DNA of 64,000 nucleotides from Lingula anatina (GCA_051362555.1 CM120643.1:24184848-24248847), one strand, 5' to 3'; shown: positions 41,728 through 55,330, counted from the first letter of the stretch. Notes: generated by a model from the letters alone, not told the origin. Numbers and translations: made by a program.

Positions 41728-42780
41728 ATACTAAACTCAGCAAGTCTTCATTGACCAGATAAACCAGCAGCAGTCGTATAAAACAAAATGTTGCGTCTGG
41801 TTTATAACAAGAAAAATACTACTAATGTCACTTTACTTAACTCTAAGTAAGTGGATTAATATGGAACTATCTTGACCTAAATTTGATCAAATTATATTTG
41901 TCAAAACTGGGTCTAGTAAATGTTCCCCGTACCCCACGTTTCAGATTGTTCTAAGCCGCTTGCCGCCATGTTAAACGTAGCCTCCTCTGGTAACTAGTCG
42001 TGTGCCTGTTAAAATATGTCGTGCTAATACGGGTAGGTATCATGAAATGTTGACCATTTAAAAAATAATGGCTATTTTTTATTCAGAACTCAAATTTACA
42101 TCATCTGACTTAGATTATGGGACTATAGTTCATTTTGAATACCAGGACTGAATTGCTTAGGCATACATTTTATAAGGATATTTGAAATTTGGCATTTAGC
42201 ATTATTTGATATTGGACATTTTGGATAAACTGCGGACACATCCGTTTTTATTTGTATGAAAACCAATTGTATTAATTAAAAATAACGGTAACAGTGATCT
42301 CACTTTTGATGTTCTCCTTACTTTTATGCGAGTAGCTAGACCATTTAAATTTATAATTACCAAAGCGTCAATTCATGAATAACACATGGAACATTTTTAT
42401 TCTAAATGAATATTTGATAGAAAGATATTTTCAAGTAAAAAACACTGGGAATGATAATAACTCAAAACAAATATTGAAATACAAATCGGCGTCTATACTA
42501 CAAATATGCCTACTGAATGTTTCGCATAAATGCAGTGCAAAGTATCATTGGATACACTGTATATATGGAAGAGATGTGGCATCCAGGGGTGGTGTTGCGC
42601 ACTTGACTTAGTTGACATATGGCTCTATTAATATATCATTAGCGATTTAAACTTTTGTATTCATAAACTGGTAATGTTTTCACATTTGTAATTCAAATGG
42701 CACATTCTGCTCTTTATGTTGTACATATAAGTTCTTGAATATTTCTTCCAGACTGACTGAACGGTATGAAGAAAATAATT

Positions 42781-43061
42781 TAGAGGCCTTTCAGAACAGA
42801 TGATACGCGAACTAACGGACCGACTTAATATGGCCAACCCCACTAAAAGGCAAGCCGCCCTAAATCCCTGACGGCCTCCTCGCCTCCACGCGCGCCATTA
42901 AACAGACTAAAGCTCGGCTCCAAGTTTTAACCGCTAGGCTCCTGTCAGCATGGAGGCGGGGAGACCATCAGGAAAGAAGGAGCATCGCTTTTAAGTGGAT
43001 CAGCCATATTTGGTCCGTGGCTTTGTTAGTCCGCGGATCAACTTGTTCTAAATGCGCTCTA
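42781..43061. mobile_element. Foldback MITE family A, copy 3
   Basis: Right arm TTTGTTAGTCCGCGGATCAA.TTGTTCT.AATGCG nearly identical to copy 2; core similar to copy 1. Confidence 0.7.
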
Positions 43062-44448
43062 GAGCAGATCCCTTAGTTCCTATAATGACTATAAGTAGGT
43101 CATAGCCAATATGTTTTAGGCATTTTGCGTGGTTGTCCACTTGAGAAAGGAATGAATTTAGGTCGTCACGTTATACAGAACACTTCAGATTTTAAGAGCC
43201 TGTCGTGGGATTGCGCTTAATTAAGAACTATTGAATCGAGGGTGGTGTTACACGTTTGACACGCAGTCACTCAGATGACATATTACTCTCTTATATCATT
43301 TGTAATTACAACTTTTATATTTATGAAATGGTAATATTTGCACCTTTGTGATACAAATAGCACATCAGTCTGCTTTTTGTGCTGCCGCCTCTTTCACAAT
43401 CAACCTGCACAGTACCAGGTGTACACTTACCTGTTTATATAGTAAAATGGCAGAACTCTTATTTCGCTTTGTTTCCAATTATGAGACATGCCAGTTGATA
43501 GTAATGAGCAAGCACATCTATTTGTCTTTCATGAAAATGTCCAGAAGTAGATATTATTCGCCGAAATTGTGTTGTTTCTGGGCGTTCGTATCGTATGTAC
43601 ATATATTTGAATTAAATATTAGCTTATATTGATATTAGGTTTAAAAGAATATATAACCTTGCTTTTCACATGTTATTTCATGCTGTTGTGGGCCACAACG
43701 CCAAATCCTTCAAAGCTATACATATATAGAAAAAAATAAAATTATAAAAAATGCACAAGAATTTATCAAGCAGTGTTTCTGGTAAGACAATAAACCTCTG
43801 AGTGAAATGACACAGACAGGATGAACAAAACTATTGGTATGCAATAATGATAAAATGAATACTAAAGCTGATGTTAACTGCCCGTTTTGGCTGACACCTG
43901 TCAATCATCTGCGGTGTAAAAAAAAAAAAGAGAGAGAGAGAGATGGTGCAAATGAGGGCAAACAGCGGGGGTTATCCATCGTCAGCTATAAGAAAGACTG
44001 AGGCGAACAATACTGGTAGGTAAATTCCCATGCACAGGTACTCCTATAGCTGTTATGTTTTCATTTTGCAATTTGCAAAGTACTAATACAGTGTATGAAA
44101 TCCATTGAGACCAGATGCTCCTAGAAAACTTTAAAACACCGCCAATTCTAGATCTCTGACCTTACTTTAATTCATCATCCAAGTCATTAATAAAAATGAA
44201 GTACTAAAGACACTATTAATAAAGATGCCGCTTGTATCTAGTGGGCATGTTCTTCTTAACTTATTTATATATACATTAACGAACAATACATCTCTTTTGG
44301 TATCAGTGTGACGTACATAACAAAACATGTCACATACTGTAGGAACCGCTTGAATTTTAAATTGAATGTAAAGGATATGCATTGTTCACGTTATATATAA
44401 AGATATTTACCTGTCTCATTCGAACGTCAGGCACGAGACGGGGACAGA

Positions 44449-47345
44449 ATGTTCATGTTGTTGTCGTTATCCCGGTTGGCGGTTACCGCCTTGATAATTC
44501 AAAGCCTGGCAATTTGCATGGTCTGGAGCTCTCTCATTCCCTCCCCGCCAGGATGTAGCATTGGCCGGCCCATGAAAGACTTGGATATCAACCAGGTAGG
44601 TTCGATATCATCGCATTATTGAATTTTTTTTCCATCAGTTATTACCTCCGCCAAGGAGGTTATGTTTTCACCCCTGTTTGTCTGTTTGTCCGTCTGTCAT
44701 CAACATAACTCAAAAAGTTATGGACCGATTTTAACGAATTTTTTAGGAACTGTCAGAAGTGGGCCAAGGAAGAGATGATTAGTTGTTGGCGGTGATCCGG
44801 ATCAATAATCAATCAATAATCAATAATAATCAAAAATTGCTGCCTTGGCGGAGGTCTGCGCTCTCGGAGTGCTTTTCTAGTTTATATTTTAAATCTAGGT
44901 AAAGTGAAAAAAAGATAAAAGGTAAAGGGTAAAAAGAGTAATTTTAATCTGAAATTCTAAGAAATTTGTGGTGTACTCTCTTGCCAAAAGTGAGGGGATA
45001 TGCCGAAAACTGAAGATTGAATATTATTCCCACGTTTACCGGGATAATTATAACAAACCTTTGATATAGCTGACTGTATCATAAAACAATTTTCAAGTTA
45101 CGATTTAGTGGACATAATCCCTTGGAAAGGAGTTGTTTAAAGTTGTGTATCCGGTTAACAGATCTGAGCAAAATGGCAAGACACGTGTACACTCTAGACT
45201 CAGTTCCTGTTATTCGCTGTCGCAAGTCAGCTTTGTTCAGAATATTTGAAGGATGGCAATGCGTCGTCTTAAAGCCAGGGAGAGAGCTTGATCGCCATTG
45301 TGGATTTGGTGTTCTGGGTGCATACAAAGGGATGGGCCTATATTGCTAACCGCGTTGGAAACACTCACGGTACTGTCTGTAGGATCATTCAGAGGCGACG
45401 TTAAAAGTATCATATGCGACTAGGCATCATCACTGGTTGTCCTCGTAAAACAATGTTCAGCCTGGGTTGGGTCCTATATTCTACCAGATGTTCCGCCAAA
45501 ATAGAACATTGTAACGATCTTGTCTGAGGAATACATGGGAAAAAGCATAAAAACGAGTTTCCAAACAGCGCATTTCAAATTTGCGGCCTGGGGTATGAAG
45601 TACTCCTGGGAAAACATTTTGGCCCTAAGTATTAAGAACCGTCGCCAAGAATAGACCCGCCAACTTCAATTGCCAAATATTCTACTGAAAGTATAAGCTC
45701 AGTAATAATAATAATAATAATAATAATAATAGGCCTAATAATAAAAGGATTATTTTGTCGTCTATTCTACTCAATAAGTGCTTTGGATATAGTTTGTAGG
45801 AAAGTGGTACGGAATCGCAGTCACGCCCCTGTCAACCGATATCCTAGGAACGTGGAGAAACTATCAGAAATACATCAGCTTCATTGATCAAAGCCAAGGC
45901 GGTCCTTACGTTGGAGTTAACAAGACATCCAGGTAATGTAGACAAACATTAAGACCTCTGATTGCTTTTTTTCTTGGTCAATTAAAACGAAAACGCACAA
46001 TACATTAACCTTTTACCCTCTTTTATCTTTTGAGCCTTTGGGACAGTTACATGAACAATTCTAGTTTTCAATCTAAACCATACAATATCTGGGCGATATC
46101 TTTAAATGAAAGTCCGTTTTGTCGAACATTACACTAGGTCTAACACAACAATACATTTCATTTATAAAGAATGTTTTTATCGGATTTTTTAAAATAATTC
46201 TAAGAATCAAATAACTCCTATTAGAAGGAAAGTGTAAATTTCAATTATTTCATTAATTGGCGTTTTGGGGCACAATATGATGCTTAACACGAATGTGACG
46301 AAAAAAATTTTTTTTTTTCTTAGACAACTATTTATGTCAGGAAACTGACGATTGGTTATTGTGAAAAAATAATTGTCAAATTTGTGTTCATCATTCAAAA
46401 CATTCAGAAAAAAACATTTTGATGAAAGAATTGAGGTTCACCCAACATTGCTATGCACATGTTTTCAAATATAAAAAAAACAACAACAACAGTTACTGAC
46501 AATATTAACGCTCATAGTCCATAATTCGCACCGGAAATGGTATTTTTGGCCCGCGTTGCCTATAAAAACACATGTACCTCTAGAATTTTCTAAACAAAAA
46601 GTTATCAATTACCCTATCTCACTATTAGTACTACCCCAAAGACAAATACAATTATGAAACAGGGCAAATTTTCCAGTGACAAGTCATAATCGAATCATTA
46701 ATGTTATTCATATTTTATTTCAGTGATGGATATAAAAATACCTGTACAGAGGATTACAACAAATTCTACACAACTGAAGAGGAAGGGATATTTGCCCGAG
46801 ACGACAGTGAGGGAGAGACATTTATTTTCTTTGAGCCTTTTAATCATGATTCATTTGAAAAACATTATTCACGTCTATGCTTATAATGAGCCATTCATTG
46901 CCATTTCATATCATGTTATGTACATCAAATGTTGCATCTACATGTCAGTTCTTTTTTCATGCTGTTACAAAATTCATATCGGCCTGGAGACTGATATGTA
47001 TATTTAATTTTCACAACAAGTCCCGTTTCCAGTGAAGATGGGTCGATCTTATTTTGTACAGTCCATCTCAGCAGGTGGTCTGAATACACAAAAAGTGGTG
47101 ATTATACAAATACGTTTGGGACAAGAGGAGACGTGGTAATCTGTTGATCTGAATGCATTCAGCGAGAGTCACCGCGGCGATGAATCGACCTACGTAGAAC
47201 GATACTTTTATTGGGGATGGGTCCTTAAACTGAAATTGACCAAATAATTTACCTAAAAATTGAGACCAATTTTCTGTCTAAAGCAAAAGAGGCCTCTGTA
47301 AACCCGGCGTTGTGCTAGGTGCTTTCGATATGTACGTTGAATGCG

Positions 47346-47394
<49 letters not shown>

Positions 47395-47792
47395 GTTGAT
47401 CCCAATCACTATTTAACTATATACACACTTGTGCCTTGCAATTGCTGTTTCCAGAAGCTGATCCAGATGTTTACGTACTGGTAATTGACACCGACTACAA
47501 CAACTACGCCTTGACACACGAATACTTTGTGAAACTCAACGAGAGTCTTTTCGGCTTCTACAGCAGAGAGTGCGTACCACGGCGATCAACACTGAATGTT
47601 CTGAAGAGACTGTTAGACCGTGACCCGTGTCTTCAGGTGGAGAACTTCATAAAGGTGGAACACGTGGGTTGCGAGGGTAAAGAGTTGGATGAGGCCTGCA
47701 GACGTGATCCCTGGGCGACGTTCTGGACCATGTTTGCTGCACGTGGGCGCAACCGGGAAGGAGTTAGAGGGAAAGGCGGGCGCCGTGGCTAG
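44449..47792 (+). CDS. Secreted lipocalin (ApoD/Lazarillo-like structure), tandem copy 1, 235 aa; join(44449..44595,45793..45932,46724..46806,47455..47792)
   Basis: Signal-peptide-like N-terminus, DINQ|FVGKWYGIA (SCR1 GxW), DTDYNNYA (SCR2), FYSR (SCR3); intron phases 0,2,1 as typical for lipocalin genes; 147+140+83+338=708 nt in frame; TATA-like TATATAAA about 50 nt upstream. Confidence 0.85.
44641..44882 (+). mobile_element. HINE/DINE-like non-autonomous Helentron element
   Basis: Subterminal inverted repeat CCTCCGCCAAGG / CCTTGGCGGAGG, (TGTY)n microsatellite near the 5' end, 3' hairpin GCGCTCTCGGAGTGC then TTTTCTAGTT; inserted in TT. Confidence 0.75.
44976..45455 (+). mobile_element. Tc1/mariner-like remnant (left end plus transposase HTH) in lipocalin-1 intron 1
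   Basis: TA|CTCTCTTGCCAAAAGTGAGGGGATA end; 45259-45452 reads MRRLKARERA/IAIVDL..YIANRVGNTHGTVCRIIQRRR*..TGCPRKT, resembling the paired-like HTH plus GRPR motif of Tc1 transposases. Confidence 0.55.
47351..47393. repeat. (AT)n microsatellite
   Basis: Seen directly. Confidence 0.9.
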
Positions 47793-49278
47793 GCAAAACA
47801 GGAACATTAATACTGACCTGATGGAATATCACTATAGTATCTCATAGGCTTAAACAAACGTGTATTCATTGCTCTTTTCCCAATCAGATTTCCTAGCTGG
47901 CACCTCTATCAGCTGGTAAACATTTTGCTACAGAAGACGATTGGTTTCTTAATTAGAAAAGGTTCATTGATGTTGCTGATGACGAAAATTCTGGCTTTGG
48001 CATTGCTGTCATGTTCCTGCATGTTAGTGTTTCCTTTAAGTGTGTGTTAAAGGTATCCTTGCCAAGTTTAAAAATTACCCAAGCTTTTATTTCCATCCTG
48101 CAAATTTCTTTCCCAATTCGGACTTACAAATGATAAAAGAACCCAAAAATAAAATTTTATGTGAAATACACCTTATGTATAGTTTTTATTTCCGAGCCTT
48201 AGATCCTTGCAAGATCCAAGCCATGGCATCTCGGAACTTCAGAAACTTCACAAAAATCGTCCATATTACACGCAACACACAGCCAACAACGCACTATTTT
48301 CTTGTTTATTGAAAAACGATTCTGCGCAGTAATTGCATTGGGGATATCAGGAACGCGGGTGTAGTTCTAGATGGTACGGGAAACACTTGGAACTAAGTGA
48401 TATAATTCAATATGGACAGAAACATATAATTAAAGTCAATCAATAATTTTTGAAAAGGAGAAAATTGCTTTTTTTTTCGAGAAAAATTCGATTTTGCGGA
48501 AAAATTGGATATTTTATTTTATAAAGGGCATTTCTGCATAATGCTGGTCATTCAATGTGTGTATCTAGTCTGGAATGACTGAATGTTACCAATTCAACTT
48601 CTATTCAAAATTTAGTGTAAACGGCATCCGTGACTATTTTTTTTTTTACACCAAGTGGTGTTTTAAGTGCTGATAATTCTTTTTTTTTTTTTAATAAGAA
48701 ATATGACTACATGTAGAAAGCATTTTAAAACTATGCATTGCTAATTTGTAATGACATAGGAAAAAATACTCCATTTACCTTAACAAGTCTTTACACCGAG
48801 TCCCGGGCCTACAGGTACGTGCACATGTACCTGAGAGTGAATAGCGGGAATAGCGGGTCATAGGATAAGGCCTAGGCCTACACATTACAAGTTAAACATG
48901 TTTGTGACTACAGTTTTGCCGAATGAGAAAACAATAACGTAGAAAATGGCTGCACTGGCGAACCAAGTTCACTGCCTTAGAGACCTTTTTGAGTGGTAAA
49001 TTTTGCCAGTTGGAAGAAAGTGTAACAATGCCATACTGATACATGTATGTGATTGCACTGAATATTCATCCGCCTCCATTTTAGTAATGAAAAGTGGCCG
49101 GTGCCCTGGACTTAAAGGGGACAAGGAGGTTAATTGACTTCTCGCGTAAGTGAACAAGGACATTAAATGACCGAAATGCAAACGTTATGGTAATTCTTCA
49201 CCCTATCCTCTCTCCCTGTGTAATACGGTCTCTTTTTCCTGTCTCCCATGCTGTATTCAGAAAGGATACAAGATCAAC

Positions 49279-49992
49279 ATGATCTTGTTGCTGTCCCGGA
49301 TGGCGGTGATCGCCCTTATATTGGGAAGCCTAGGAATTTGCAGTGCCTCTCTCATCCCTGCCCCGTCAGATTGCGACGTAGACCCCATGAGAGACTTAGA
49401 CTTAAACCGGGTACGTTGCTGAGTTATCGAGTTATTTTTCCTGTAAATTATTCTTGTTTGAGATCTGGCCAATTTCAGATATTAGTTAATAGTTTCTGCT
49501 GAAAATTCGTCTGTCTAGTTTATTGATAATGATTATAATTTTAAGCTTTTCACCTTCTAAACAGCATTGAGCTAAACCTCACAAAGCTTTCGGTCACAGC
49601 GTGACTTTCCCGCGTTGTTATGAAACTGCATAAGCACTTTTCACCAATATATACTTGCCCAAAAAATTAATAAATAAATAAAAATCAAAATTAAATATTT
49701 AAAAAAAACGCAAGTTTTTGTTCTGATCACAGTGCTTCAAAATGCCCAAAAGTGAACATTTTAGTCTGGCCAATGAATTCAGAGACGGAACACAATAGAT
49801 TTTTTAGACATCTCATCTGAACACAAATTAGGACGAAAGTCTAGCAGAAATCAGTTTGTTGTGCACAATCAATGCTAGTGGACACTGAATTTAGAAAACC
49901 AAGTTTAGGAGAATGAATTTCATGCTGACATCATGCCTGAAACGAACTTTCCAAGTTTACTTTTACAGGGCATTCTAGATGGATAATAATAA

Positions 49993-50045
<53 letters not shown>

Positions 50046-53000
50046 GGGTCATTTTGTCGTCCATTCTACTGAGTAAGTGCTTCGGATATAGTTTGTAGGT
50101 AAGTGGTACGGGATCGCCATCACGCCACTGTCAACCGATACTCCAGGAACTTGGAGAAACTATCGGACAATCCTCAGCTACATCGACGAAAGTCAAGGTG
50201 GTCCTTATGTTGGAGTAATTCAAACATCAAGGTAAAGTTGGCAAACATAAGGTTTATCGTTGTTATCGATCTTATCGGACGTTTAAACCGCAATATTTCA
50301 CCGTTTTCCATTTTTATATTAACCCGAGGGGCACATTATAATACTTTTCAGTCTAAAACTAACGCTTCACAAAATATTCAGATAAAATTTAATTATATTA
50401 TCGCCAACTTAAATATTTTAAAGTATGTTTTGTTTTCTTGGTAATTCTATAGGGATAAAGTGACTCCTATTACCTAAAACACTTTTTTTTATACAAAAGA
50501 GCGACATTTATTTAGCTACCCAAATCAATAAGCACTTATATTTTCTTCCAGTAACGGAAACGAAAATACCTGTTCGGAAGATTATCACAAATTCTATCCA
50601 ACTGAAGAGGAAGGAATATTTGCTTTAGATAACAGTGAGAAACCTTTGGCTCATTTTGAATCAGTATCAACGTGTTAAAACGATTTACGTGTATAATGAA
50701 GGCTAAATTGTTATTTAAAGCCGTTGCATGTGCTTACGCTCGCCACAAACATTGACCATGCGCCATTAAAGTCCACCTTAATGTTGTTACGCTAGGCATG
50801 CCCTGCAAGTTTTATTTTCACCCCAATTCCCCTTAAATTTTCGGCCGAAGTTGAGTCGACCTAACTTGGCAGTCCATCTCAGCATTTAGTAAGTTACGGT
50901 TAGCTCAAAACAGGACGCGAATGTAATCAGTCTGTTATCCCATTATTATTGTGGAGAGCCGTAGAACGGTGCGTTCCTAGATAGTTTACTTTTTTACTAT
51001 GTTACTATGTTAATTTGTTTTATGCTGAAATTTAGTTTGACCTCGCCTTGGAAATAATAACGAATATGTCCAAGGCTTCACCAATGACGTTGAAGAGCAC
51101 AGTAGGACAGTTTTAGTTTTAGTAATCCCATTAGAAGAGGGAATCATTAAAAAAACTTATAATACGTATAAGCTGATGCGCATTCCATTCAAACAACTGC
51201 GACGAAGCCAATTTTGAGAAAAATATATATTTGGCAAACAATTCCGCCGGGAAGATCCCATTTTTTCTGCTGACCGCAGTTTACAGGTGGTATGACGTAG
51301 TGTTATAACGGGAAAGCTGCTGACGCAATTAGAGTTACGTCGCATTTTTATTTTATAAGCCTGCCCGGAACGTTCCTAGTGAGATGATTTCGGATGCTGT
51401 TATTTTCATTTTGTTTCACACTGAGTTTACGTTTGACTTCACCTGTTACGTTATTAGGACGATTAGAACCAAAGCGGTTCACAAATTGGCGGTTTTGGTT
51501 GCGAGTAGTCTTTGCCCTTTCAAACGTCCACTGTGGAGTTGCCCCGGGTACTGTGCGAATATATGTACAGTCTTGATAAGCAAGGCCAAAGGAGGGGAAG
51601 GGGGGCATAAAAAGTAAAAGCAATTGCAGCAATGTGACTTTTGAAAAAAACTTTCTTGCTGATAATCCATCTAGCAGATGGCTTTTTTTAATGAAAGGGC
51701 TGCGTTACATGCATGACGCCATGCAATAAGTTGTCGTCAAAATCGAGCACTAATTCTAAACTATACTGAATTTTTATGCAAAAGGTAGTTTGCTGGGACA
51801 CACGAGAGCCTGCATTCGTATTCGACTGCGGGACCAGCTCGTTGTTATGGTGAACTGACATGCGTGATCTGGGGTTTGAACTCGTGACTTGTCGTTCCCA
51901 TGGTTTGCTTATGGCTTGGTATTTTTTGCAACCAAACACGCTACCGACTGCGCCGTGATTGAACCGCCCTCCCTCCAGACGAACGAGTTTCCTCTTATGG
52001 TAATCAAAGGCAATTTTTAGAAATTATTTCGAGCAAAAAAGTTTCTTTGAAAATCTTTGGATTCGAACCCGCGTGTAAGTGTCTTGTTGTGCCCAAGACG
52101 GCGGCATTACCGCGGAGCCACAGAAGCTTCGTCAGTAAGGTGGGGATCAATTGTCAATTCAAGTTGGTCACTTTTATTGTTAAGTCTGCCCGGAACGTTC
52201 CTAGTTAGATGACCTCATATGCTTTAACTTTCATTTTGGTTTATACTGAGATTACTGAGAGATTTCTGAGATTACACAGATTTTGTCTTCACCTGTGACG
52301 TTATAGAGCACGATGAGAGCCAGAGCGGTTCACACCTGAGCGGTTTAGGTTTTGAGTAGTCTTTGATATTTGAAATGTCGACTGTGGGTCTGCCCCAGGC
52401 ACTGTATAATCATATGAACAGTCTTGGTAAGCAGGGGCCTAAGGGGGGGGGGGGGCATGAAAAAAAAAGACATGTTTGGGTAAAACAATAGGGGCGGCGT
52501 GACTTTTGAAAAAAAAACTACTTTCTGAGAAGATAGCACTTTTTGGTTGAAAGGGCAGTATGACATGCATGCTGCCATACCGTATTAGCTATTGACTCCA
52601 TTCAAGTTTTATCTGTGACGTAGATGGTAAAGGACAGAGAAAACCGCCCCCTTCCAAGCATCATTTTAAAGACTAAAATGAAGAGAAAGGAAGCATTAAG
52701 ACAATGACCAACAAAAAATTGTTGTCAAATCGATCATTTATTCTAAACTATACCGGCTTTCCCGTGGCTTACCGATTGCAGGATCAGTTCGTTGCTGTAA
52801 CGGACTGACATGCGTTAGCCGTGACTTTCCGTTACCATGGTTGATGACGGCTTTCTTCCCTTGTAGCCGCGCACGCCATCGATAGCGTTGTACCTGACCC
52901 ACCCGCCTACCTAATATACTTCTTATAGTAATAAAATGCAATTATCAGAAATCATATCTTGCAAAAAGTATTGCATTAAACACTCCAGCATTCGAACCAC

Positions 53001-54260
53001 CGCGGGCAAGGGTATAGCTGTTTAAGATAGCGGAATTACCACGGAGCCGGAAAAGCTTCGTAGATAAATCTTAGACCAAATGAAACTTTCTACCTTGTCA
53101 CGCAGAGGACCAGTTTGGTTGTACATGTTTTAATCTGTAATTACAATCGATAGCCCGTACAGATGTATTTCTTCTCGCGCAACGATAGTCCCCGAACATG
53201 GTCTTGTCATCAGCGTTAAGTTCACGATGTACACGAGGCCTTGTTTGAGAAGACGACACGGAACATTCTATGAGTTCGATTTGTGCTGAGATTTTGTTTG
53301 GGTTCACCTAAGACGTTAAACAGCACAATTGGATCAAAGGCGGTTATGGTTTAAGCAAGCCACGATAAGAAGGAAGGAATCATTTCAAAACGTTCAAACG
53401 TGTAAAAGTAGTTGCAACGATGCAAATTTTGAAAAAAACATATTTGACAAATAATTCTGCAAAGAAGACATTTTTCCTGCTGATCGAATTTGATATACAG
53501 GTGGTAAGACAGGGGCAGATCCAGAATTTGAAGGGGGGGAGGTGTCAGTGTTTTCTACTAATGACAGGCCTTGGTTTTGAAGCTGCCCCTCGGCCCCCTT
53601 GTGGTGGGTTTTGGGGCCCGCTAAAGGGCCCCAAAATATTTTGGTGGTTTGAAGGTCAAACGGTGCCATTTGGAACGGTTAAGAACTACCAATCAGTTAG
53701 TTAAAACTCTTATTTCAAGAGGGGAATATTAGTGAGTTTTTTTTTTTTTCAGAAACCGAGGGGAGTGTCAGGACCACCCTGACCCCCCCCCCCCTCTAAA
53801 TCATCTACTGCAATGTATAGAGTTTATCCCTTACACGTAGTCTACGATATAATTCCCTGCACTATGTAACAATATACTCATTTATACTACTTTTTCAGAA
53901 ACTCATCCAGAAGTTTACGGAATAGTGGTCGCCACCGACTACGTCAATTACGCCCTGACTCGCGACTACTACGTGAAACTCAACGAGAGCCTCATCACCT
54001 TTTACGGCAGGGACTGTATACCATGGAGAGCCACTCGGGCGGCTCTAAGGAGACTGAGGCGCTGCGTCCCTTGTCTTCGGGCTGCTAACTTCATAAAAGT
54101 GGAACACGTGGGTTGCGAGGGTAAAGAGCTAGATGCGGCGTGCAGACGTGATCCTTGGGCGATATTCTGGTCCATGTTTGCTCCCCGTGAACGCTACTGG
54201 GCTGGTCTGAGAGGGGAAGGCAGATACCGTGGCTGGGCAGTACAGAGACCTTTTTTCTAA
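49279..54260 (+). CDS. Secreted lipocalin, tandem copy 2, 238 aa; join(49279..49410,50092..50231,50552..50634,53899..54260)
   Basis: MILLLSRMAVIALILGSLGICSA signal, DLNR|FVGKWYGIA, ATDYVNYA, FYGR; exon 2 and 3 sizes (140, 83) identical to copy 1; 717 nt in frame. Confidence 0.85.
49983..50043. repeat. (AAT)n microsatellite
   Basis: Seen directly; homologous shorter tracts at 45705-45743 and 56046-56055. Confidence 0.9.
51357..53062 (-). repeat. Two diverged tandem units (about 830-880 bp) carrying tRNA-like A/B-box cassettes, inside lipocalin-2 intron 3
   Basis: Units start AAG.CTGCCCGGAACGTTCCTAGT at 51357 and 52182 and align throughout; 51139-51300 recurs at 53375-53510. Confidence 0.75.
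53510..53810. mobile_element. CAGGGGC-type MITE, degenerate
   Basis: Begins CAGGGGCAGATCCAG, ends CTAAATCATCTACTG, with internal G/C tracts; no TSD recoverable. Confidence 0.55.
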
Positions 54261-54804
54261 TCTTAACCAGTGCCATTGCCGGAGTCAGGTCCAATATCAT
54301 AGGATCATTTAGACGGTCTACATGCGTAAGACCATTATAAAGGGACAGAAAACCATAATTTTTTTAGAATAGTTTGAGCTGGATGTCTACTTAAATTGTT
54401 CTCACTTTTTAGATTTATGTATGATTTTAGATATAATGGCTTTGGTGTTTCTCTTAAGCCTTTGAAATTCCATTCTGCGCTATCCATTTTTGTAAAGAAA
54501 TAATCCGAGATGTATTGTAAAAATTATATTAAGCAAATAATTTGTTGTACCTCTTAGGTTTTCCTCGGTGCTATTCTAATTGTTCCTTCTTAAACGTTAG
54601 TTATTCTTAGCTGTCCGCGTTTAAAAAATCGCTACAAGTCTTTTTTCGCCCTGAATATCTACTTATCTATTCCAATTCAGACATAAAAAAGGCCCTGAAA
54701 TAAAGGTTTATGTGATACAAACTAAAGTAGTTTTTTCTGAGCCCAAGATCCTTCCAAGAGCCAAACTCCAAAGTAACGCCTTGGATCGTTCTTGACACAC
54801 AGGC

Positions 54805-54928
54805 CAGGGGCTGATTAAGTTTATATTGACGAATATCCATTTTTTGTCAGAAGACGGTCAAAAATGGAGGATGGATCAACAAAGATAATTTGGAAGATTG
54901 TCAGAAAATATCTCTGGATCCGACCCTG
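54805..54928. mobile_element. CAG-type MITE with 5-bp TSD
   Basis: Ends CAGGGGCTGATT / GGATCCGACCCTG; CAGGC duplicated at 54800-54804 and 54929-54933. Confidence 0.75.
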
Positions 54929-55330
54929 CAGGCAATCCAATAATATTTTACTTCGTTTTCATTTTCAAACGTTCTCAAAGCCCGCTTCTCAAACGCTCCT
55001 TTTTAAGGAACTTACACTGAGTGGTGTCTTTAAAAATGTTCTCATTTTCTCGGTTATCTTAAGCTTTTGATCAGAAAAATAAACCTTTGCAAAACGTACA
55101 TATTCAAAACCATGAAATGAGAATAAGTGATAAAGTTAGAACAAGAACTAAGTCGCAGGCCTACGTGTGCCAAGGAGAGCGCGACATTGGCGGATCCTAG
55201 TCTGTCCCATAACTTGACTATTTGTGAAATATAATCATTATGGTAATATCTCTTCGTGTGCACGTCACCGTGTGTAATACAGACGCTTTTATCTGTCTCA
55301 TTCCGTACTCAGACAGAACATAGGGCCAAC

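Noticed and set aside
41962-41997. Perfect Kozak GCCGCCATG
   Set aside because: The ORF stops after 9 codons and no convincing downstream exon was found.
47025-47085. C/D-box snoRNA (GTGAAGA...CTGA) in lipocalin-1 intron 3
   Set aside because: Too short, imperfect C box, and the D box is not conserved in the other two copies.
48047-48790. TTAA|AGGTATCC.. Kolobok-like element between lipocalins 1 and 2
   Set aside because: No matching right-hand TIR found, so boundaries are unsupported.
51870-52128. Functional tRNA genes
   Set aside because: A and B boxes are present but acceptor and T stems do not pair and the loop lacks U33; reported only as tRNA-like cassettes.
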